Below, one piece after another: positions 29,570 through 42,787 of a stretch of DNA of 64,000 bases (within the stretch, counting starts at the first letter, position 1; each line of letters begins with the position of its first letter). Origin of the DNA: Torpedo marmorata (lineage: Eukaryota); assembly GCA_977017645.1 (NCBI GenBank), contig OZ360230.1, positions 47,988,001 through 48,052,000 on the forward strand, written 5' to 3'. Both the position numbers and the translations under genes were made by a program. Under the pieces are notes generated by a model, which did not search any database, was not told where the DNA came from, and saw only the letters and a program-made list of their open reading frames with translations.

Positions 29570-30716
29570 CTGTGTGCGTTCTTTTGTGGATCTTGAGATT
29601 TTCTGATCGGGCAAACACTTTGCCGCATCCAGGGAATGGACAGGGAAATGGTTTCTCGCCAGTGTGGACTCTGATGTGATTTACAAGTTTATATTTGGCT
29701 TTGAAAGGCTTTCCTTCTCTTGGACACTCTTCCCAGAAGCAGATATGGTTCGACTGCTCTGGTCCCCCAACGTGTTCCACTGTTACGTGAGTAACAAGTT
29801 CGTGCATCGTGCAAAAAGTTTTTGAGCATGGCTTTTTAGTGACAGGGTCCGGTTCAGTCCACTTGCAGATCAGTTCCTGCTTGATAGGTTGCCTCATATA
29901 GCGAAAGAAAGCGCCTGGACCGTGGTGGGCAGCTAGGTTCATGCCACCGTAGCTATGCAGAGGGGAAGAGGCAAAAGGATCACTCCTGGAACTTGCCACT
30001 TGGCCGTAGTGTTCAGACCTGGCGTACATGTCTCCAGGTAGCCCCAGTCTTAACTGTCCGTTCAGATGGTGTCCAGTGGGGGCTGCATGGGGTGCCTGAT
30101 CATGAAGTCCAGGGAATAGAGTGTGGCTTCCAGCCTCGGGGTGACCATGATGTCCGGGGTAGCTACCTGTTGTTGATACAAACATTCCGTGGTGAGAACT
30201 TGTGCCAGGATATTGATCTGTGAGCCCAGGCATGACTGAGGACGTCAAATCTCTGCGGATGAGGAAGTCTCTACCTGCCGAGATAGCCTGGGCCGTGTAG
30301 CTGGCGTGGGAGTGCGAGACCGAGTAACTGACTGCTGCTGCCGCCTGCGCTGGGCCAAAGGCTGCCGTTGGATTGGAGACAACCTCAGCGGGGCCTGGCA
30401 TATGATGGTGGTGATGATGGTGGTGATGGTGATGGGGATGGGATGGGCTGAGTTTAAGTGCCGCAGCGGCTGCAGGGTGCCCCATGTGTTCAGGCCCGAA
30501 TGGACTCGGCCCCAGGCGGGGTTCTCCAGTACTCTCCCCAGGGTGCGTGTGTGCCATTGAGTGGGGATGGCCGCTGAACCCCGGGAAGCCTGTCATGCTC
30601 TGAGGGGGATGGTGATGGTGGTGGTGGTGATGAGCTCCTGCCAAGTCTACTAATCTCAGCGCTGGGTTTCGTTTGGCGAATGATGGGTCCACCATCGGAC
30701 TCCCCAAAGCTTCCAT
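29570..30716 (-). CDS. zic4: Zinc finger protein Zic4, coding exon 1 (N-terminus, two poly-His tracts, ZF-NC, ZF1-ZF3)
   Basis: [31 protein letters not shown]..., LFPGLH...[30 protein letters not shown] and ZF1-3. Donor CACACAG|gtcagt at 29569. Spliced CDS is 1147+437=1584 nt (527 aa). Head-to-head with Zic1. Confidence 0.93.
29578..29795 (-). repeat. Left arm of a 218-bp perfect inverted repeat (within zic4 exon 1)
   Basis: Its reverse complement is base-for-base identical to 43538-43755. Confidence 0.95.
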
Positions 30717-30924
30717 TCTTATAATGCCTGAATGCAGGAAAATAACAAAATAAACTTTTTTTTTTCCAAAAGTTACCGAACTTTAGAAACTCGCCCTTTG
30801 CCAACGTGGAAAGCCATTCGGTGTAGAGAGTGCAGACGGATAGCAGCAGCAGGACGCATTGAGAAACTGAATTGAGATTCATGAACAGCTTTGCAGCCCG
30901 TCGAGCTCCGCGAGCAACATGCGA

Positions 30925-31085
30925 TCTCATTGGTCAGTTTCCAATGATTGACAGTGCCAGTTACGGACCCCAGACAGGGCACATGCGTATTACACCCAGG
31001 CGGTGTTTGATGGTGGGGGTGGGGAGGTGAGGGGATAGGGTAAGGGGTTGGCAATGGGCAAAGGGGGCGGTGAGGGGTGAAGAGA
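30925..31085 (-). promoter_or_regulatory. Putative zic4 proximal promoter
   Basis: ATTGG 30929-30933, CCAAT 30941-30945, TGATTGACAG (PBX-MEIS/PREP decamer) 30945-30954, and a G-run tract with a GGGCGG box at 31010-31080. These lie 200-350 bp upstream of the ATG. Confidence 0.6.
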
Positions 31086-32793
31086 ACATGGAAAACCCTT
31101 TTTGGCGAAAAGGCGTGGGATTTTTTTTTGCGAGTTTCTTGCAACGTATTAAAGAAAATTTATTAAGAGCAACTGCAACTGCTTTTCGCCTATTTTTTGC
31201 AGTTCTATGCCACTCTAGCTTGAATAGCCAAATTGAAGATCTTTAAAAGTTGATCTGAGCAGAAGAATAAAAAAAATAAATTGCAATTATCCTTTCTATC
31301 TTACGATCATTCACTTCTACCAAAATATGGGTGTTGTGGAATAGTCAACCAAGATAGACTGGAGAGCATTTAATGGTTCTGGTGTACATAAAGTATTTTC
31401 AACTATGAAATTTAATTATATGAGCTGATTATTAATGTGGAAATACTCTTACTTTGGAGGGATTAATAGGGTAAAGGAGTCAGCGGGATTTTTAAAAAAG
31501 AGGTGTTACACTGGTGCTGGTTTCACGGACAAATATACAGTTAGAAGTGAAGGAAAGTTTATCCCTTCCCTGAGCCGGTCACATACCAATATCTGCTTAG
31601 CAACATCAAACATCTTGTCCCGCGCACCGCTTTATTTAGCGGCTTATGCAAGAATTTATTTTTTTGCGGGCGAGAAAGAAGGTTCGGCACCAAATTGAAA
31701 ATGAGGTTATGGCCTGTTATACTTCGGCCGGAAATTAGTGAGTGATTTTTTTTTTTATCTTTCCTGACACTAGCAGACTTCCAGGCGTGTTATGTTTTTT
31801 TGACAAAATCAGACGACTGGTGTTCTTAGCCGCACAGACGATCAAAGAGATCCCCAGTCAGAGGCATCTGTTAACTTTTTTTTCTTCCCCCAGACTGAGG
31901 AAGAAACTTTCTCAGCATGCAATAACTTATTGAGTTCTTTTTGCCCGCAGTCCAGGGTTGGTAATTCTGTAAGCGAGAGTTCAGGGAAGTTTGTGCTTTC
32001 GTGGAAGCCGTTGGATCTGACTTGAAGGTGGGAAAGGGGGAGGGGAGAGGTTCATGTGGAATACTTTTATTTTTTTTAGGCTTTGGACATTTTTTACTTC
32101 AGTGTTGTTTTTTCCTGCAGATTGCCAAGCGATTTGAATGGCTGCCTACATCACTTGGATGCAAAAGTGCTTCGTTTTTAAACAAAAACGTGTTTCTAAT
32201 TCCAAAACACAACTCGCGAAGACAATCCCAGACCGTGCTTCGAGAATCTATACATACTGCGTAATCTGCAAATAGGAAACTCACATCGCTTGCGGTGGAA
32301 AAGAAAGTAAACTGTAGCATGTTATGGGGAACACAGAGAAAAATAACGTGATGATAAATTGCTATTTGCTCGCATCCTTCTTTGGGCACACGTGAATTAA
32401 AGGCCTTTACGCTGCTCTTTATATCAGCCTCACGATTTCATATTTTTCTTCTAATACCGGAATGCAATGCTGGTCACAATCCCTCCCCCAACATACAGTC
32501 TTATGTCTGCATCTGTAACTTGCTCTCGGTTCAGACGTCTGTTTAAGTCGCCCTGAGTACATACGTCTGCCTTCTACGTAAAAATAAGTAGTTTAGACTT
32601 TTTTTCAGAGTAGCGAGACAAAACGGGCTACTAACTCAAAAATGTACATTGTGGCTCCTCAGATTGTTCACCAAGGGTATTAAAGGGGAACGGAAACCTA
32701 GAGCAGCGATATCCGTGGATTTAGGCCGTCGTCCTAAGCTGATCTGCGGCAGAGGTTCAAGCCTGCGGTCTTGCACACAGCAGACCTACAATG

Positions 32794-32795
<2 letters not shown>

Positions 32796-32826
<31 letters not shown>
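32796..32826. repeat. (AG)n microsatellite
   Basis: Direct run. Confidence 0.95.
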
Positions 32827-32830
<4 letters not shown>

Positions 32831-35800
32831 AAGTTTTTCAAAGGGAGGTAGGAGTTATACCGTGGATACAAATGCATGGGGGCGGAGTGGTGTGAGTGAG
32901 AGAGAGATAGAAATGCCAAATTTAAGATGGGAGAGAAATAAGGAGAAAGGCGTGGACGTGCGAGTATATCTAGAGAAACAAGAAAGAAAAATGGGTAAAA
33001 AGTATGATCAGATGAGAACACGTGGGGAGGGATATGGGCATGGAGGTGGGGGAAAATTCACACAGTTTGTCTTCACCCACAGCATGTTGAATATAATGAA
33101 ATGTTCGCTCAATTTGTAAACATAATCTTTCCAAACGTAGAAGACGGGCCAATGAGATAATGCAGAGAAATGTCATTAACGCATATTCACTGTCTAATAG
33201 CAATTTCATGTATAGGTATAAAAGGCTTTGGGATAACTAATAGAATAATACTTGCACTACGGTGCATGTCTTCCCTTCATAAATAGCAAATATTCCAAAT
33301 AGTTGGTTTTGTATTTCTGTTTATTCCCGTATTATGCGCACCTTCCATATTTTGAATCCCTCAGACCATCAAGCGGAATCACAAACCGCGAAAATAATCG
33401 ATAAATCTTTGCGTGTTTTTTTTCACCAAATGCTTTAACGTGCAGCAGAGGAGAATGTAGCGTAGATATGTGAATGCTGACACGTTTATATTTTAGCCTC
33501 CAGGGCTTAACACTGCAGACTTAAAATGGGATTTGTACATGTGCTTCTGCATTACCTGATCAAGCCCCCACCTTGGTGTCGGTTTGTCTGCTGTCTTCCA
33601 AGGATTTTTTCAGTAGCAACTGACAGTCCCTCGAAAAGAAGACAGTGCCAAGGCACGTTTCAATATATAAATGTTTCTGTAAACGTAAATATCAGAGAAA
33701 CATCAGTGAATGCTGTGATAGAATAATATATTTACATTTTGTGATTGTGGAAATATTATTCCACATATGTATGCATTATTACATGCAAAAGTGTCATGGA
33801 CCACTAATTTTCCAGTATTGTTTCATATTTATGAAATTCAAAAATGAGTAAAAAGGAAGAATATTTCATCACGGTAGACTTCTAAGGAAAAATACACAGT
33901 GTGTCATATACACTACGTTCACGTTGTTGCTTCTTTACTGTAAATGCGTTTTAGCCAGATGATGTGTTTTATGATTCAGGTTAAGTATAGAATGTGTACA
34001 GTACGATAATACGTTCACTCACACCTAAACATAAGGTTGGGGTGATTCAGCAATTCCCATTTTAATGTTATGTGATTGATCCTTTCATACAATCACATGT
34101 TTTATTGTTAACGTTGATAAACTATGATATATTTGTTTTGGTCGAAGAAAAAAACAAATTTAGCCCAAATAGTCTGGAAATTAGTATGTTACTTTTGTTT
34201 TTCAAGTATGGAGGGTAGTTTTCTTTTCATATGTGATTAAAATAAGACAAAATAATACGAGGTAGATTTTTTTTCCCTCTTATGGGTGGGCAGTTCACAG
34301 CGTCCTCAACCCATTATAAACAGGAAATTATTACAGAATTCCAGGTTTGAAGACTGTAGGATCAACACTAAAGAAGCCCAACTGAGATGCCAAGAAACTT
34401 TGATTATACCTTTGTGCAGTATAAAATACGGCGTATAAACCTACTAGGAAAGCAATAAATAGGCAAGGTGCTCAACTTTAGTTAAAGCACAAATGAACAG
34501 AGTAAATTCCAAATTATTTTCATGCAATTTTCTTTTCGAGGAACGTATTGGAATAGAACATATTAGGGAAAAACCCTCCCCCTACTTTTTTATAGAAGCC
34601 CAAATGCGGCGATAATTTAATGCAATGTTTTCATAAGTTCTTTTTAATAACGCATTCGATGTGAAAAGGAACTAGAAATCTCGTTCTTCAGGTTCCCAAG
34701 ATTCCCTGCGTTATACTCGTTTCTTTCAGCCCCCTCACAAAATGATTAGCACAATGAACAAGGAAATACTTCATTTTTACTACAGTTTAATTTGGCTAGT
34801 TGCAAGTCTGTGAGTTTGTGCATGTTTGCAGTTTAAATCATAAAGTCTAATCCAAGGATATATTGACTCACATTGTCAACAAACACAATGAACCAATTGC
34901 ATTTCTGGGAAAGAGCAATGATTTCCCTATTAAATTATCCCCCGAAACTTAAAATCGAGCAACGTGAAACCTGTAACAGCAGTTTTGAGAAACAAAATAA
35001 TATGGGCTAGGTTGTCTAATTGCTAGCATCGACTCCACATACTCAAGCTGTGAGTGATTTACGTTAGTAATATATGGTGTTGGAATTTAGTATCATTCTC
35101 TCTTGTCAAGATACATTTGCAAATATTTAATTAAATAAGTTTGATTAAGAAGAGAATGTTGTGTTTACGTACAAAATATATAAACTGTTCAGATGAAATA
35201 ATACATGAATAATATTCCAGTTTAAAAAATGTAGCAAACACTGATACATCGCGGTTAATTAGTAACATCAGTGTGGTGTACTTTAGGCACCGAAGGCAGT
35301 TACTTTTTACCTATGCTGCATTTTTAAATGAGATGTTTATTCTGTACCTCGCCTATATAGTAGCCACTCCAGGCCCCTCCCCCTCGTAACTGACGATATT
35401 AATTTCATGTACCAATAAGTGTTAGACTTTTGTCTGGCTAATTATATTGTTGAAAGTAATTTTCAAACAGAACCAATTGATTTCATTGTTTGGTTTTGCC
35501 TGAGCAGTATGTTTTTCATACATGGAATCCCGTGGACGTTAGCTTTAAAATCTTAACATTAAAACATTATTATTTTATATTTCGTATAACAATTAAACAA
35601 TACACGCATAGAAGGCGAGAATTGAGACAGCTTAATCATTTTCTATAGCTATGGGTTAGTAGACGGAAGAAAGCATTTGTTTCAAAGGAAGAATTAACTT
35701 GTCCCATGGAAAGAGGCTGGTATGTGATAACCAGTTATCACTGTGGCAGAGAAAAAATGGAGTTCCGAATGCAGTTCTAATTGGAGTTAAGATCACTAGC

Positions 35801-36882
35801 TACAACTTTAACTTGTCTCAACGTAAACACGTTGCGTGTAAAAAAAACACGAATTATATATTATATTGAGACAATTCAACACACTTTTCAACGTCGGAAA
35901 TCGATGCACGTGATTAGTTCATTTACCTGCTGCGTTGACCGCGCAGAATGCCAGTGTCCACTATCACAACTGATGTATGACTGGAACCCACTAAAAGGGG
36001 AAAGAAGCTAGAAACAGAAGAACTTACACCATTTAGCACACGATTACGTTTTTGTAGAATGATTATACGAACTGACAATCTACACTTCCCAAGCCGAAAT
36101 TCAACATTGTAACTTTTCTAAACACTATCTTTGCGAATTATATTTAAATATTATACAATCAAACCAAATTTAGGGAATCGATACTTATGAATTCTGATCA
36201 TTTTTTCATGATATTAGTTTGGTGTTATCCTTAAATATGTTCTTAACGGTAACTCTGTCCATTAGTGATGCATTATATTCTTCTTTTACAAACTCGGAAC
36301 ATTTGCGAAGAAAAGATCAACACCTTCAAGTTGCTGCCAAATTACTGCTAACTTTTCACTAGAAACTATTCTTGGTGACACTGAGCCGACAACGCATTCA
36401 GCTAACTTCTGTTGTGTTACGTGAAAGCTTTTCTGAAATGAATTGGAAGGATATAATTGTGATTAAACATTCTATGCAGAGACCTTTACCCCGATATTTA
36501 TGATATAAAAAACACCAAGAAGATTAAAGTGTAAGTCCACATTTATCTAAACTACTTACCCGATTTACATTATACTTCATTCCACCGTAAATCAATAAAA
36601 CATGCAAATATCATAGAATAATATGGACTCCAAATACATAAGGTCGAAGGTTGTGGTTACAATACGATATTCGTCAAATATTAATTCTGCTACTTCCAGG
36701 CAGAGTATATTGATCTACAGCAAACAGCTGTTTGTGGGATGTACTGTCACTAAGTTGTAGAGTATAAACCATAAAAAACAATGTAAATAACCTCAGTTCA
36801 GATTGGAGGTCGAAAACAATGTTCATGCAGATCCCATTGTCTTTGTAAATTATACATATAGGTTGTTAGGTCAGCAGTTAGG

Positions 36883-37018
36883 NNNNNNNNNNNNNNNNNN
36901 NNNNNNNNNNNNNNNNNNNNNNNNNNNNNNNNNNNNNNNNNNNNNNNNNNNNNNNNNNNNNNNNNNNNNNNNNNNNNNNNNNNNNNNNNNNNNNNNNNNN
37001 NNNNNNNNNNNNNNNNNN
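36883..37018. other. N run (136 nt), assembly gap or masked sequence
   Basis: Ns in the sequence. Confidence 0.99.
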
Positions 37019-37364
37019 ATAGCCTATCTCATGAACAAATTACAACTTTATATATTTATTTTTTAATGTGCGATAAAAACATGCTAAGATTTTATTTAAA
37101 AATCCGGAGTTTGTGTACAACGTGGTTTCAAATGTAGTTATGTAAATTCGAATTCATTTTATAACATGCGAATCTGCATTTTAATGTTTCGGTAGCTATT
37201 TTTTAGATGCGAGTAAGAAATTTTGTGATGTTAAATGTCCTACCGTTACTGGAACTAGTTATTTCCAGAGTTAAACAATACTCTCACAATTTTAAGTAAA
37301 CTATGTGAATTCACAGGGTCAACATAACTATGACAGAGTAACTCTCATATTGAAATATGAGTTG

Positions 37365-37505
37365 NNNNNNNNNNNNNNNNNNNNNNNNNNNNNNNNNNNN
37401 NNNNNNNNNNNNNNNNNNNNNNNNNNNNNNNNNNNNNNNNNNNNNNNNNNNNNNNNNNNNNNNNNNNNNNNNNNNNNNNNNNNNNNNNNNNNNNNNNNNN
37501 NNNNN
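37365..37505. other. N run (141 nt), assembly gap or masked sequence
   Basis: Ns in the sequence. Confidence 0.99.
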
Positions 37506-40500
37506 AAACCTGCAGAATGCTTAATGTAACAACGTATTTCGCCGTGAATGTAATTTTGTAAGAGTATGCATTTTATTCCGAAATTACACTGGCAACACTG
37601 GGGCTATTTGACAACCTAAAAAAAAACAGTACAATCGTGGTAACGTTTTCGACAATGTTGCAGATAAGTAGATAATTGAAGCGCTAAATAACTGTGCAGA
37701 TACCAAAGCGACAGCAATGAAGTGGAGCTTAACGTTGCAGGCCGCGTAATCAGGGATCAAATGTTCATTCACTAAATATATATTGCACACTTATATTTTC
37801 TGTTTCGATTTCTTCATGCCAGTTTTTAATGCTACAAAAACCGTAAGATAGTGTTAAAGTGAATATCATGCCAGATCAAATACAAATCCTCTTTGTATTT
37901 TGGATAGTTGAAAAGTTGCATCTTAAATTGTATCCAGTAATTCTTTTATAGATGCAGAAGGTGTAAACACCTTCTTTTCCTCCATTATTGATCTATAAAC
38001 AACTGTAGTGGGCATTGCATGTTGATAACTTCGTTATATTTTAGGCATTTTTTCTTTGTGTTATTTACCTATCATCCTGTTGGCTAAGCATATTTAAATC
38101 AGCTGGTGTTTTAATTTCGTGTCGTACTTGAAATTATCGTCAGAAGCAGATGACTTGGGGTTGAATAAACCTTACAACCTCATTCCTAATTTTTCATCCC
38201 TTCATTCATTCCTAAATCCAAAATTCTGATGAATTTCCAGGTGCAACACGAAAGCGTTTTTGCATAATGTCGTGCAATAAGTTATTGTTCGGCTCAAATG
38301 AAATATCAACACCATCAAAAGTACACCAATTTCCAAAGTTATGCTTTCTTTCAATGTGCAAAGAAAACTCTCCCTTCCCGTAATTCAGCAATATCCGGTT
38401 TTTAAAAACTCCGGGCACTCTTTAAGTTATCCATAGCTGAAGAATAAATTAAGTGAAATGAAAAGAGAATTAGTGGCAGCAACCTGTTTTTATTTCAATT
38501 CTGCGACATCTTGTTATGTTGGGTAAAACCCGTAAAAATATGGCATTGCGAAATGCATATGTAATAGTAAATGCCCTGGAAATATTCCAGAATATGGAAC
38601 TAACTCCGCATGAACAAATGACCCAATATACGAATCGCATCTCTAACAGAGATGTGATGCACAGATCTCAAGGCAGGCAGTCGGATAATGGGTAAAGGCA
38701 AGGGTGACCTTCAAAAGTTCTGCTTCCTGCCCCCAAAAGTTTCTCAGGCAAATCCATGATAGCTCAAATTTTAATTCATCTGCCCTTTTCAGCTCAATAC
38801 TGAGTAGGCACGTTTAGCTATAAATATAATAATAAATCTGTCCAAATTCCAGGTTTTGGCAGTTATTTTAAACAACAGCTGATGATGGACACTTTGTCCG
38901 GAAATCATTAGAGTACCGGCTGAAAATCCGCTTTGTTTTGATGAGATTTTACTTCAGCGCTAGTGTCCAAGTCATACATATTTCCGGTTGCATGGTTAAT
39001 AGGATTTTTTTTTTTCAAACAAAGCACATAGATAGGAAACAGATCACCGAACTACCAGCTACTGAAATCCCGTCGTTTCCATTATATCCCTTACGTTAGT
39101 GTTATAATATTAAAAACGTTTGTGCATTCCGTTTGCTCTTTTAAATATAGAACAATTACATCTTGAACAATTGTTCTCAACTTCGACTTTTTAGTTGCAG
39201 GACAGCTAATATTTTGAAGGTATGCATCTTGTGGCATTGTGTGGCTTTGGCACATGTGGCCGGTCACGGGTCAGGGGTCAAACGATATGGTATTTCAAAA
39301 GTCGGCGACTTCAGAGCTATCCTTGCGTGCAGAAGCCAACTTCATTCAAATCGCTTTTAATAGAGATAAGTATAACAAACGAATCGATAGCACACTGAAG
39401 CAGAGACCAAAGAATGCTATCAACACAGGGAAATTCGGTATCAGAAACATTCAAATTAACTTTTGAATTCACTTAAATGTCATTCCAATTATTGGAATAT
39501 TTGCTTCGAGGAAGAAAGGAAACAAACATGAGTCCATTAACTCAGAATTCTATGGCGTTTGCCGGTAGGATAAACGACACGCTTTACTCGACGCAGTTTT
39601 TGAAGAGCCTTCCACTGTACTAGAACTAACATTAGAACACAAACAATTCAAGTTGCGAGTGTATGTACAAGTGAAGCTGCATTTTAAGGAGAGCAACAGG
39701 CAACACTTTAAAAAAAATAAAACATTGAAAGATTACCTTCAAATTATAAATCAAATTTAAATTTTATATTGAATTCAGGGAAATAACTTGAATTTTAAAT
39801 CAAATAAAAACAATTCCTTTTGTAAGCTATACTTCAGCCTCTAGGCAAATGTCCCCCACCCCCGTTCCTCCCTTCATAGAAAAAAACCCAAATGCTTTGC
39901 TATCCATCGACCGAAAACAATCCGAGGGATAATATCGGTACACACAAGTGCTTTCGAATGGAAATGCATAATTCAAAGCCACTCGCACCTAGTTTTGCTT
40001 TTATTAGAACATGATGGCCCCTGACAAGGGCTATTCTGAGGAAACAAAAATCTGACTGATATCTCTATTCTCTTTTTAGTCAATTGCATTTACATGAAAG
40101 ATGATGGAAATTCAGGGGTCAGGAGTCGTTTAGTATAAGTCACTTGAATACACGTGCCTCTCTTACCGTACTCCACCTGTTGAAGAAGATGTCTTCGATC
40201 ATTTAATTCAGGTAACTGAAGTTAAAAAAAATCTACTTTGTAGCGATAACTAGGTAGTCATTCTTCATTTCGCCTTTTCAAGGTTTCTGGAAGCAGTTAG
40301 GGAATGTATGATGAAGCAGAAATGAGCCGTCAGGATGATATTTTAATGGCTTATATGTCACGTCGGTGCATGCGGCTTTGAACTCAAGCAGCCTGCGTTT
40401 CCTGCGGAGAACGCCGCAAATCCCACTTGATAACTTCTACCATCCTTCAACTTTTAAAATCAGCCCTTCTTTGTATATTGGGAGAAGTAGTCTAAAGATA

Positions 40501-42279
40501 ATGCTATGGGATACGTTTACTTTTCATACACTTAAAGTGTCCCTTTAGAATTTGCACACTCAATGAGCAGTAAATCTTTCTGAATCAAATTGCTCCAGCT
40601 TCTGCTTCTAGACTGCTGTGATTTTAATATCAATGTTTTCAGTATATTGCATCATTTAAAGTAATGCTGTGAGGTTAGCTATTGTAATCACCCAGCAAGA
40701 CAATATTATGTTCCATTTAAATCTTAAGAATGCAGGATACCCAGAGTCCGAACAATGTAGAAAAATAACATTAATTTTTATGCATGTGTGAGATTTATCG
40801 GGTTTGAGTAGTTAGTTGAAACAACCTACGTATCTTCGCTTAAGACAATTTTAGACCATTAAAGCAGTAAAAAAAAATAGGTCAGTACTCTTTTCAATAT
40901 CCATGCCAGTCGCATGATTTCGGCAAAGTAAGCACTCAGCCTCAAATTGCCGTAAATTGGGAGCCCATGAGACATGTATTTTAATTTGTTTTTGCTACAA
41001 GCTCTTCATGTGAACATTGTCGTCAGGCTCCAATCATGTAATGATAAACTTGCTTCCTTGAGCAACAGCGCTGTTGTAAAATGTATCTGGAACTTCGCTG
41101 CCGAGCACCGTCCTAAGGCAGAAAATGAAGTGCCCGGCTTTCGCTAACACCATTACCTTCGTGCGAACATCGTTATTCTAAGTTAACCTGTTGTACTTTA
41201 TTAGGAGATTTAATTTTAAGTATTTATTTAAAAATTAAGCAAGCAAGGGCGTTCGTGTAAATTGGGAAACCACAACGCTGAATTAGGAAGGGACCAGGCA
41301 GCAGGACACAAGAGACTATTTGAAACCAATGTCTTTCCAAAGTGGACTTGTGATGGTTTACTAACGGAGATAAATGTTGAAGGATGCGGTACGACTTCTT
41401 TGTTATAAAATAAGACTTTAACTCAGAGGTATAGCTTCAAGGAAGTTCATTGAAGTGGTGAACAAAAGGTAAATTGAACGATTCCGATTCTTTGTTGGCT
41501 TTTTACCTTTCTATTACAGAGAATGCAATTAGACTTAATGAATATGCAAACCGTTGTCCTCACGTAAATAATGAAATTACTTCACAGGGACATAGCAAAT
41601 GGACTTTAACAAATTTGGGGCAATGGATGGCAAAGTGTAAACTGAAGTGCAAATAAGCGGTATTTTGCTTTACTGACGATGTTCATAAACAAGTTTTTTT
41701 TCCCCTTTCATTGTCCGTAATCAATGGAAAGAACACCACTTTTTATATATATATAAAAGGGGAAAATCCTTACTTGCAGCTATTCCACAATTGTTTGAGA
41801 ACCTATAGATATGTATGGGGCAATTCATTGTCACCATCGTTAAAAAAAAAGGCCCAAGCAAGATGTTTTCAATCGCCTTTTACATGTGGAAGGACAGGTT
41901 AATCAAGGGTTTCGTCTCGAAAACAACCAAGTGTTGTATGTTTGTACTGAATCCAAACATATGCATTTTCCTAACCCAATTCAATAGAGTGTTCTTTCTC
42001 TTTTTGCTCACTCATCTGGGTAAGTGAATTTTCACCGGCGATCAAAAAGCTACTGAACAACAAAGGAAGCCGCCCGCTTTTTTTTTCTAGTCTGGAGTTG
42101 TGGCACATTAACGAATTTCAAACAGTCTGACAAGGGGTGACTGAATTGTGAAGTCGAAGAAGACAAGAGTTTTCTTCTGTTCGCTCTCCCACCCCCTTTC
42201 CCTCCTCCTCTTTCCATATTATAGATATATAAAAAAAGAGAGGAGAGAAAAAGAAAGAAAATCTGGACGGCAATAATTT

Positions 42280-42460
42280 ATCAGGAGCGACTGTCACGCG
42301 CGCACAATACCTGCGATTGATGAGACGAGCGGGCCAATCAAGAGGCAGGATGTGAGCCACGAGCCGTTGATTGGTGCCAGGGCACAACGGGGCAGCGCTA
42401 GGCTGGCCAATAGATGCACACGCCAAGCGCCACGTGACTCCTCCCCCAACTCCCATTCAT
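42280..42460 (+). promoter_or_regulatory. Putative zic1 proximal promoter (CpG-rich, three CCAAT boxes, E-box)
   Basis: CCAAT 42334, ATTGG 42370 and CCAAT 42407 (36-37 bp spacing), plus CACGTGAC at 42431. These lie 350-450 bp upstream of the ATG. Confidence 0.7.
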
Positions 42461-42787
42461 CAAGGGGATGGTGTTGTCTTTTCAATTCATTTATCTGCAG
42501 GAATGATTGCCGCTATCATTCTCGAGCTCACCGCCCGGCTGATGAGGTGAAAGTTTCTCCCCAGGAAGATAAACCGCAAAAGACAATATTGCATGATTTG
42601 CGTTTGCAGAGGGGAAATATCTCCAGCAAATTCCCACACGCTGAAGAGAGAGAAGAGAGAAAAATAAGGAGTTTTTGCAAGTCCTCCAAACAGACTCAGA
42701 GACTATTATATTAAGCAAGTTTCGTTGTGAATTGTTTGTGGCTTGCCTTTATATATATTATTGCTTCTCTACCCCTATCGCCAGACG

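Noticed and set aside
30490-31144. Overlapping minus-strand ORFs of 146 and 123 aa upstream of or overlapping zic4
   Set aside because: They are alternative frames across GC-rich promoter and exon sequence with no protein signature. A uORF role cannot be excluded but has no support here.
32649-33119. 156-aa plus-strand ORF
   Set aside because: Non-ATG start, built on (AG)n and purine-rich low-complexity sequence, with no recognisable domain.
42536-42565. CTGATGA-GGT-GAAA-GTTTC in the zic1 5' region, resembling a hammerhead core
   Set aside because: There is no helix II and no convincing helix I pairing, so it is most likely chance.
42743-42787. ORF-track N-terminal extension of Zic1 ([15 protein letters not shown])
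   Set aside because: It starts at TTG. The conserved Zic1 start MLLDAG is the ATG at 42788.
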